The position numbers were made by a program, and so were the translations under genes. The notes below the pieces were generated by a model, which ran no database searches, was not told the DNA's origin, and saw nothing but the letters and a program-made list of their open reading frames with translations. A DNA stretch of 64,000 nt from Polyangiaceae bacterium. Lineage in GTDB: Bacteria; Myxococcota_A; Polyangia; Polyangiales; Polyangiaceae. Every line of letters begins with the position of its first letter. Position 1 is the stretch's first letter. Below are positions 19,544-26,988 of this stretch, piece by piece. The stretch is from assembly GCA_050287085.1 (NCBI GenBank), contig JBNKBE010000014.1, positions 96,001-160,000 on the forward strand, given 5' to 3'.

Positions 19544-20809
19544 TCAATCTCGCAAGATCAGTTGATCCCGCTCTGGCCCCACAGAAACGAAGCGAATGGG
19601 ACACCCGATGAGCTCTTCGATGCGAAGAACGTACGCCTGTGCTTCGCTCGGCAGCGCGGCAAAGTCTCGACAAGCCGTAATGTCGGCGTCCCAACCCGGC
19701 ATCGCTTCATAAACCGGCTCGGCACGCTGGAGCTCGCTCGTAAGCGGAAACGTCGTCGCTTCCGTCTCGCCCACGCGATACGCGTGACAGATCTTCAACT
19801 CGCGTCGCCCGGACAAGCTGTCCAGTTTCGTGAGTGCCACCTCTGTGGCGCCTTGGACTTGTACGCCGTAACGTGACGCCACCGCATCAAAGTGCCCGAT
19901 CGAGCGCGGGCGCCCCGTCGTCGCGCCGTATTCCTGGGCCGTCTCACGAAGATCGCTCGCTTCGCTTTCGTCCATACGCGCAACAAAAGGTCCTTCACCA
20001 ACACAGGTAGAAAACGCCTTCATCACACCCACGACGCGATCAACACCGTGTCCGAACAAGCCTGCGCCGATAGGCGCAAACTCGGCGAGACAACACGACG
20101 ATGTCGTGTAGGGGTAGATGCCGTAGTGGATGTCGCGCAGGGCGCCCAGCTGAGCCTCCAGCAGGATATCCTTGCCCTCGCGTGCCGCCGAAGTGAGCAG
20201 CTGCGTCGTGTTGGTGATTCGATTTCCGATACGCGCCAGCTGCTCTCGAGCCCAAGCCGCCGTTTCTTCGACGCTCACCGCTGGCTGGCCATAGATGTTG
20301 ACGATACGAAGATTGGCCCATTCGACAGCAGCCGCCACGGCCGCCTCAGGATCGCGCACGAGCTCACCCAGCAGCACCCCCTTCTTCAGGTAGAAGTCGC
20401 CATAGGCGGGCGCTATTCCGTTTTTGGTCGAACCGTATTTGCGATCCGCAAGGCGCGCTTCTTCGAGGCTATCAAGCTGCTTGTGATAGGGAAAGCAGAC
20501 CGTGGCTCGCTCGGAAACGACGAGGTTTTCGGTGCTCACGCCCCTCGCCTCCAACTCCTCCAACTCGGCGGCTAGACCCGCCAAGTCGATGACCACGCCT
20601 GGACCGAGCACGTTCAGCACGTCCTTGCGAAAGATCCCCGAGGGCACCAAGTGCAACGCGAACTTGCCCGCCTCATTGACAACGGTGTGTCCGGCGTTGT
20701 TGCCCCCCTGGTAGCGAACGACCACCGAGGCGTGGCGACTGAGGTAGTCCACCATCCGACCTTTGCCCTCGTCACCCCAGTTCACTCCACACACGACTGT
20801 CACTGACAT
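19544..20809 (-). CDS. purA: Adenylosuccinate synthetase
   Basis: WGDEGKG, QGGNNAGHT, HLVPSG, YPYTTSS, EYGATTGRPR, TKLD, SVGPER. Confidence 0.96.
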   Translation of the reverse strand: MSVTVVCGVNWGDEGKGRMVDYLSRHASVVVRYQGGNNAGHTVVNEAGKFALHLVPSGIFRKDVLNVLGPGVVIDLAGLAAELEELEARGVSTENLVVSERATVCFPYHKQLDSLEEARLADRKYGSTKNGIAPAYGDFYLKKGVLLGELVRDPEAAVAAAVEWANLRIVNIYGQPAVSVEETAAWAREQLARIGNRITNTTQLLTSAAREGKDILLEAQLGALRDIHYGIYPYTTSSCCLAEFAPIGAGLFGHGVDRVVGVMKAFSTCVGEGPFVARMDESEASDLRETAQEYGATTGRPRSIGHFDAVASRYGVQVQGATEVALTKLDSLSGRRELKICHAYRVGETEATTFPLTSELQRAEPVYEAMPGWDADITACRDFAALPSEAQAYVLRIEELIGCPIRFVSVGPERDQLILRD

Positions 20810-21284
20810 GGTATTAAGCTCCTAGCATCGCCCAGCCGGTTCACTGGCCGGGCACAAACGGCGCGGACGCTATCACGGGGCCACCTGGGCTGGGCGGATA
20901 AACAACCGCTTCTCCTCGCCACCCGGCCCGTGCGCCCGTCGCTCTCGCAAGCGGTCAGCCGCCCATCCACCCAACGGCGCGGTTGCGGCGTAGTCTGCGT
21001 GCGGTCTCAGGGCGCACAGTGACACTGAATTCGAACGGTGCGCCGGTTATGCCCACGCATACCTGATGCAACAAGGCTATCGGGACGCTCCGCTAGCACC
21101 ATCCATGAGACAAGGTAGAGCCCGCTGCCCCCCTGGGAGCGCGCCACTTCGGGTCAACCCCAACAATCTCCACCTGACGACTTGTTCTGAAATTCGTCCA
21201 ATGCTCCTATGGGAAAGGCCTGGAAATGCCGTAATGCATGCGCGCACTGCGGCTTCCGTTCTAGACTCGCAAATAGATAGACCA

Positions 21285-22175
21285 ATGGACCGCGTCGACA
21301 CCCCTCCTGATCTCGAGCATCTTCTCGCGCTTGGGCTCGAGCACTACGGACGACGAGAGATCGCAGAAGCCATCACTTGTTGGCGCCGAGTTCTCGCTAT
21401 CGATCCAACCCATGCCGGAGCGCGTGACTACCTGGAAGCCGCCGGCGCGGACCCTGAACGGGGCATCCCCTCGGGGACACGCCACGCAGGTCAGGTAATT
21501 CATATCGAAACGGCTAGGGCACAACGGGGAGAAGGCAACGATGGCAAACGTGGTCGAGCCGTCGATGCCCCGGAGAGATCCGTGCATCCGGATGGTCCTG
21601 CGGCGCAGCGCGAGCTCGAGCAGTTGCTTGCGAACCGTAGGTTCGAGGAGGCCCTCACGCATCTGTACGCGGCCCGCAGCCGCCACCCGAATACGGCGTC
21701 CATTTCGCGAGGGATCCGGCTGGTCCGGGAAAAGCTGATCTCGATGTACGCTCAGAAGCTCGGAAGCCTCGATGTAGTGCCGCGCCGTACCGCGCGTGCC
21801 GCAGCCGAGGTCGACTGCGACTCGCTGCAGGTGCTTCCTCTTGTCGATGGCATTTCCTCATTTGAGGATATTCTTGCATCTTGTACATTGGGGCGCTGGG
21901 CCGCGCTCCGAACGCTCTGCCAGCTCCGGGAGCGCGGCGCCCTCACCTGTGCACCCGAGATACGCCCCATGCCTGCGCTGGTCCCCGCGAGTTCCAGACG
22001 GCCGAGCACCCCGCCGAACGACTACGAAGTCCGATTTCAAGCCGCAACGCGCGCATACTTAGCGCGCGACTACGACCTGGCCGTACGCCTATTTGAAGAA
22101 TGCGTCGCCATGAACCCTGCAGATACGCGAGCGCGGTATAACCTGCAGGCGTTGCAACGCCGCAAGAGGAGCTGA
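21285..22175 (+). CDS. TPR-repeat protein with central winged-helix (DUF4388-associated type) segment
   Basis: TPR motifs (EAITCWRRVLAIDP.HAGARDYL; AVRLFEECVAMNP.DTRARYNL); VLPLVDG..S..DI......ALRTL.QL.E.G; start uncertain (ORF from 21066). Confidence 0.75.
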   Translation: MDRVDTPPDLEHLLALGLEHYGRREIAEAITCWRRVLAIDPTHAGARDYLEAAGADPERGIPSGTRHAGQVIHIETARAQRGEGNDGKRGRAVDAPERSVHPDGPAAQRELEQLLANRRFEEALTHLYAARSRHPNTASISRGIRLVREKLISMYAQKLGSLDVVPRRTARAAAEVDCDSLQVLPLVDGISSFEDILASCTLGRWAALRTLCQLRERGALTCAPEIRPMPALVPASSRRPSTPPNDYEVRFQAATRAYLARDYDLAVRLFEECVAMNPADTRARYNLQALQRRKRS

Positions 22176-22981
22176 TGAAGGTACTTGCTGTTGTCAGTCA
22201 GAAGGGGGGCGTCGGGAAGACGACGCTTGCCCTAAACGTCGCGTATGCGTTGGCCAACCGTGGACTTCGAACAATCCTGATGGATACCGATCCCCAGGGT
22301 GCTGTCGGGTTATCCTTGGACAACATTTCCGCCTCCGAAGGGACCGTCGGCTGTATCCTACGCAGCGCACCGCCGCGAGCCGCGCTGCTGACCACGCGGC
22401 TACCGGAGCTGAGCATTCTTCCCTTTGGCAATGCGACCCCCGGAGAGGCGGCGAAGTTTCATAGCCAAGTCGAGGACGGGGGGGCGCTCACGCAACTGGT
22501 CGCGAGCGTCGCTGACAAGGCGGATGTCGTGATCATCGATACCCCGTCCGGTCTTTCAGGCAGTACGCTCGGTGCCCTGCGAACGGCTGACAGCGCGATA
22601 TCGCCGCTGCAGGCCGAACCGCTTGCGATGCGCAGCCTTCCTCAGCTGCTTGGAACCATTGCGGAACTACGGGAGAGCGGTCACCGTATTGAGTTGGTTG
22701 GTCTGGTGCTCAGCATGCTTCAGCAGCGCCAAGAGTCTTCTCTCTCTGTGGCCGAAGAGGCGTGGAAGCGACTACCGGGCGACCTTGTGTTGGAAACGAC
22801 GCTGCCACGCGATCCAAGCGTGCTCGACGCCAGCGCACTAGGACTGCCGCTGGGGCTCGTGAGCCGTCTGCGCCCCCCGCCCATCGCTCTGGTTTTCGAA
22901 CAGTTGGCCCTCGAATTGATACCGCGCCTGGAGCTTGCTCCGAACGGTGCTGAGGAGGCCCCAGTTGGCCTTTTTGCCTGA
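22175..22981 (+). CDS. ParA/MinD family ATPase
   Basis: Deviant Walker A KGGVGKTT, DTDPQG, IIDTP; start overlaps upstream stop (TGATG). Confidence 0.93.
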   Translation: MKVLAVVSQKGGVGKTTLALNVAYALANRGLRTILMDTDPQGAVGLSLDNISASEGTVGCILRSAPPRAALLTTRLPELSILPFGNATPGEAAKFHSQVEDGGALTQLVASVADKADVVIIDTPSGLSGSTLGALRTADSAISPLQAEPLAMRSLPQLLGTIAELRESGHRIELVGLVLSMLQQRQESSLSVAEEAWKRLPGDLVLETTLPRDPSVLDASALGLPLGLVSRLRPPPIALVFEQLALELIPRLELAPNGAEEAPVGLFA

Positions 22982-23540
22982 CGATCCCACTCTTAAACGG
23001 GTTCTCCAGCGGCTTCGCGCGCCAGCCGGCCCTGGCAAGCCACCTCGCTCCAGGGCCGACGACGAGGGCAACGCCCCGGAAGTTGCTCTCTCCCGCTCCG
23101 TGAGCGACACGCCTCCGTCGGCACAAGTGGCTCCCCCTCCCTCCCTCTTTCCGTTGGCTGACCTTTCGGCGCGTTTGGAGTCCGCAAGCAGTATGGAAGG
23201 ACGCCTGTCCGTGGTGGCGGAATGGCTGGAACAGAGCACCGACGCCAACGCAGCGTTCATCGCGGACGCCGAGGGACTGCCGCTGACCGAAACACGCGCG
23301 ACCGACCAAGTGGTGGCAGCGGCGGGAGCTGTACGCGAGGCCTTGGCTGGACTGCGGTCGATGATCCCTGATGCCGGTGCTGGCGTTATTCGCATGGAAT
23401 TGGGCGACGGAAACAAACTGGAACTATGCGAGTTCCGCTCCCCCTTGGGCACCCTATTTGTTGGACTGATCGGGGCCAGACGGAACCTCGATGAATGGCA
23501 GACCTGGTTAGGTCGAGCCTTCTCGCTCGCCGTCGGCTGA
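22965..23540 (+). CDS. Roadblock/LC7 (MglB-like) domain protein with Pro-rich N-terminus
   Basis: RBS GAGGAGG before TTG 22965; AAFIADAEGLPL motif followed by a helix and beta-strands as in the Roadblock fold. Confidence 0.65.
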   Translation: MAFLPDDPTLKRVLQRLRAPAGPGKPPRSRADDEGNAPEVALSRSVSDTPPSAQVAPPPSLFPLADLSARLESASSMEGRLSVVAEWLEQSTDANAAFIADAEGLPLTETRATDQVVAAAGAVREALAGLRSMIPDAGAGVIRMELGDGNKLELCEFRSPLGTLFVGLIGARRNLDEWQTWLGRAFSLAVG

Positions 23541-23568
23541 CGTGAGCGAGCGGAACACTGGAGGAGAA

Positions 23569-24156
23569 GTGACTGTAAGCAGTGAAGCAGTATTGCACCA
23601 AGCCCTTGAGGCCGTGCCATCTTTGAAGGCGGTCTTCGTAACGGCGATGCCCGACTGTCTGCTCTTCCTTTCCTGGGAGCGAGACGGACAAGGCACAGCG
23701 GCAGAGGACATCGCAGCGTATTTTGGTGATTTGATCCGAGCCAATCGTCAGGGCCTCAAAGCTCTGGGCACCTGGTCGGAAGAGATGCACGTCACCATCG
23801 AGGCCGACCAAGCACTCGTCGTCTTGCGCGAGCTCGGAACGGATTTCGTCGTAAGCTTCGTATTCGATCGCGCCTCTCCCCTCGGTATGATCCGACTGAA
23901 TGTGAGGCAGCTGGTGACGTTGATGCATAGCCACCTGCCCAAGGTCGAAGCAACAGAACGTCCGCGAGCCATCCGAGTGATCGAGTTCCTTCTGCGCTAC
24001 GCACCTGACCCTCACATGGCGCTGCAGCGTGTCGCGCTCAGAACCGGAGTCGAGTTGGAACGACTGGAACGCCCAGAAGGCCTTGAAAGCGACGAAACCT
24101 CACTGATCGAGCAGGCGACCTGCGACATTCTGGGACTAGAGAGCCTAGGGCTGTAA
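23569..24156 (+). CDS. Roadblock/longin-like domain protein with C-terminal helical extension
   Basis: RBS GGAGGAG before GTG 23569 (ORF from 23542); VPSLKAVFV..MPD.LL, AAYFGDL, VTIE....LVVLREL...FVVSFVF....PLGMIRL.V. Confidence 0.7.
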   Translation: MTVSSEAVLHQALEAVPSLKAVFVTAMPDCLLFLSWERDGQGTAAEDIAAYFGDLIRANRQGLKALGTWSEEMHVTIEADQALVVLRELGTDFVVSFVFDRASPLGMIRLNVRQLVTLMHSHLPKVEATERPRAIRVIEFLLRYAPDPHMALQRVALRTGVELERLERPEGLESDETSLIEQATCDILGLESLGL

Positions 24157-24166
24157 GGGAGAAATC

Positions 24167-25432
24167 ATGGACGCACTGGAGCTCGGTCCGCTTCGACGCT
24201 ATCTCCTCGAACAAGAGTTGATGTTCTTGGCAGGGCAACCCGCAACCTACCACTGTCACCACTACAATCTCTTCCTCGATCAAACCATCGACGATGCCCT
24301 CGGCGTGGCAGACGCGACTCGACTCAAGACTCGGGCAGCGCGGGAAGCCACTTACCCCCTCATCGCAAACGCCTGTGAGCATGTGGGTGCCTCCACGCCG
24401 GCGGAGCGAACGCAAGTGGCCACTGAGCTATTTCGACTGATGGGGCACGGCCGACTCGATGTGCTAGCCGGCCACGATCAGGGGTCGGCCAAAGGCGCGT
24501 TTCTTCATTACAGCCATTCCTGGAATGAGAAATACGGCGCTAGCGTCCGGCGTCGCCACCCCGCTGACGCTTTCGCAAGCGGATTTATCTGCGCAGCTTC
24601 TGAGGTCGCCGAGGGACTGCCTTGCGGAACTCTGTGGGCTACCGAGGAGCGCTGTGCGGCTCTCAAAGAGCCCAATTGCTCGTTTGAACTCACGCGGGAT
24701 CCAGAGCCGGAAGCGGCGCGTATCCACGTGGGAGAGGCCGAGACACAGAGCGTTGTTGGCCCCGCCGGCGACGGCGTCGGCGAAGACGTGATTCAGCCGA
24801 TCGTAGCGGGCCTGAAGGCCTTCACCGCCACGGTCAGCGGCGACGCGCGCGGACTCATTCCCGCGTTCGGCGTGTTCGCAGCGATGCAGATGACGGGCTA
24901 CTACAACCGCATCAGCTACGATGCTGTGGAAGAGGTGGCAAGAAGGTCTCCCGCATCGGTGCCGGTACTCGAATCGCTGCTGAGGGAATCCGGTCACGTC
25001 TGCGTCTATCATACCTTCGGCGGGGTACTGCTGAGCCCTGAATGGGAGTCTCTCGTGGGGCCTCCTCAGGGTTCGCCACAGGACATCGTGGTCTGGTGCA
25101 TGGCCATTGCGCGAGGCTTCGGTTTCGGGCGCTGGCAACTTGCTGAGTTCGAAGAGAACAGGCGGCTCGTATTGCGGACCTCGTCGTCCTACGAGTCCGT
25201 CTACTATCGAACGCGACACGGGCTTGCTCAACGCCCCGTTGAGTACCTGTGGCAGGGAGCAGCGGTGGCTACAGCGCAGCTCGCGCATAGCGTATCATGG
25301 AAGGACAATCCAACCTTGAACGCCGAAAGCTACCAAGAGCTGTTCAAGCGCGGCATCAAGTGGAAGGCGGAACAGACCCAGGCGATAACAGCAGGGGACC
25401 CCGTCAGCGAAATTGTCGTAACGCGCGTTTGA
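24167..25432 (+). CDS. Tandem V4R (4-vinyl reductase-like) domain protein
   Basis: First half MGHGRL...AFASGF..A...EERCAA....CSF; second half FGFGRW...EQTQAIT.GD..SEIVV; HCHHYN and GHVC motifs. Confidence 0.75.
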   Translation: MDALELGPLRRYLLEQELMFLAGQPATYHCHHYNLFLDQTIDDALGVADATRLKTRAAREATYPLIANACEHVGASTPAERTQVATELFRLMGHGRLDVLAGHDQGSAKGAFLHYSHSWNEKYGASVRRRHPADAFASGFICAASEVAEGLPCGTLWATEERCAALKEPNCSFELTRDPEPEAARIHVGEAETQSVVGPAGDGVGEDVIQPIVAGLKAFTATVSGDARGLIPAFGVFAAMQMTGYYNRISYDAVEEVARRSPASVPVLESLLRESGHVCVYHTFGGVLLSPEWESLVGPPQGSPQDIVVWCMAIARGFGFGRWQLAEFEENRRLVLRTSSSYESVYYRTRHGLAQRPVEYLWQGAAVATAQLAHSVSWKDNPTLNAESYQELFKRGIKWKAEQTQAITAGDPVSEIVVTRV

Positions 25433-25448
25433 ACTGAGCGACACCGCC

Positions 25449-25811
25449 ATGGACGCTAGGTCACCCGGAGATAGCGACGACACCGACGTCCCGGACGACA
25501 CCTGCGTCGCTTTTCGACTGGGGCGAAGTTGCTATCGGGCGCTGAGCTGGGAGGCTCATCTCCCAGTGCTGGCGCCGGAGTCGCTCACCACGGCGCTCCG
25601 GCTCGCGGGGTTTGCTCCCGTGCAAGCCCCCGCTTTCGGTGACAAGCTCCTGCAGTTCGAGACCGAAGCCGGGCACCGTCTGTTGTGGGTGCCCGCCAGC
25701 GGGCGCTGCCAGCTGCGCTTGTCGTATCTTACGCTTCCCCCAGACCGTGAGGCGGTAGCCAGGCAACTCGGTCAACGCCTGGGCCAAGTCATTGCCGAAG
25801 CGTCAGCGTAG
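25449..25811 (+). CDS. Hypothetical protein
   Basis: 120-aa ORF 16 bp after the V4R gene, same strand. Confidence 0.6.
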   Translation: MDARSPGDSDDTDVPDDTCVAFRLGRSCYRALSWEAHLPVLAPESLTTALRLAGFAPVQAPAFGDKLLQFETEAGHRLLWVPASGRCQLRLSYLTLPPDREAVARQLGQRLGQVIAEASA

Positions 25812-25832
25812 TCCCGTTAGCGCCCCCTTGAT

Positions 25833-26570
25833 TCACTGAGCCTGCGCATCATTCGGCAGGGGTTTGAGCGCATCGCCGCTGTCCTGCTCGCCCCCCTCCC
25901 CTGACGGCCGCTCTGGGGACGGCCCAGCAGAGGGCACCGCGAGAGGTGTTGACCCCGCGGCGGCAGGCCCCTGAAGCTCGACCGCTGGAGCAGGATGCTC
26001 AGACCAAGGCGACGGCGGCGATAACAAGCCCGAGGCGATATCCCTTGGGGGCTCCGTCGGGCCCAGCCCAGGCCAAGGTGCAAGCAGCGTGGGTTGCTCG
26101 ATCGAGGGCTCGCTCACCTCGCGTCGCGGCACTGAGCCCTCCGAACGGTGCGCCGCACTGTGTTCAGCTATAAGCAGCAAGCGACGCACGTGCACGCGGT
26201 ATTCGTCCTGGGAGATGTCACCGTTGCCCAACGCCTCACAGAGATGAAAGAACGCTACCTCCAGTCGATAGCCGACGGTCGGAGCTTCGCCGCCCGAGTC
26301 ACCCTGTCCCCGGAGAAGCGGTACACTCAGAGCACCGGTACACGTTCTGACGCCCCGGCGCCCCGAACGAACCACCGTCACATGCCCCGCCGTTTCGTTG
26401 ACGTAGACACCGTAGTGGTCAACACGAAAGGTCGGAGTCTGCGGATGACAAGCGCTGACTAGCCCAACAGCCAGACAACCAAGGACCTTGCCACCAAGGC
26501 TCCCTCGATCGCAGCCTCTCCAGAAACGGGTCTGAAACGCGGAAAGCATGTGCTTCTGTGTTAGATACAA
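25833..26570 (-). CDS. Hypothetical lipoprotein with Pro-rich tail
   Basis: Lipobox-like LVSAC; FHLCEA..NG.I motif. Confidence 0.6.
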   Translation of the reverse strand: MYLTQKHMLSAFQTRFWRGCDRGSLGGKVLGCLAVGLVSACHPQTPTFRVDHYGVYVNETAGHVTVVRSGRRGVRTCTGALSVPLLRGQGDSGGEAPTVGYRLEVAFFHLCEALGNGDISQDEYRVHVRRLLLIAEHSAAHRSEGSVPRREVSEPSIEQPTLLAPWPGLGPTEPPRDIASGLLSPPSPWSEHPAPAVELQGPAAAGSTPLAVPSAGPSPERPSGEGGEQDSGDALKPLPNDAQAQ

Positions 26571-26610
26571 TGGCTCTGACCAGGCTTGCAGACCAGCGGC
26601 TTAGGGTCCC

Positions 26611-26650
26611 CACCGTCCGCAAGCTCACCGTCCGCAAGCTCACCGTCCGC
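26611..26650. repeat. 15-bp tandem repeat x2.7
   Basis: CACCGTCCGCAAGCT x2 plus CACCGTCCGC. Confidence 0.85.
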
Positions 26651-26988
26651 TGGCTTCATACCAGAGAGCTGCACCGGCAACGCTGGTCTTTTCCCTACCC
26701 GGGGTTTGTGCTGCAACCCACTTCCTTGACCCATGGGACGCAAGGCTAGCCCGCGCCCAGCGCGCGCGCCAGTACGGGTCTGTTGTGGGGTCCATTTCAC
26801 CAGGGCGCAAGGGTGCCCCGGTCAGGCGACCCATCGCGCCCCGTGCAACCCAAGCCCAAAGACCGTGGAGTGTGTCGGGTGATGCCGGCTCGAAACACAT
26901 CGGCCTGGGATTCCAGCCGCATCCGAGAGCCGGCCCCCACATCACGAGGGTTGACGGCCCTCGGCAAACGTCAGGTACCCTGCACGCG

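Noticed and set aside
19544..20809. PurZ (Z-genome enzyme) instead of PurA
   Set aside because: The catalytic Asp in GDEGKG is retained (PurZ has Ser there) and there is no phage context
20821..21060. Purine riboswitch upstream of purA
   Set aside because: Only generic GC-rich hairpins; no recognisable riboswitch consensus
22175..22981. Chromosome or plasmid partition locus
   Set aside because: No parB, parS-like palindrome or replication gene nearby; the context is Roadblock/V4R genes
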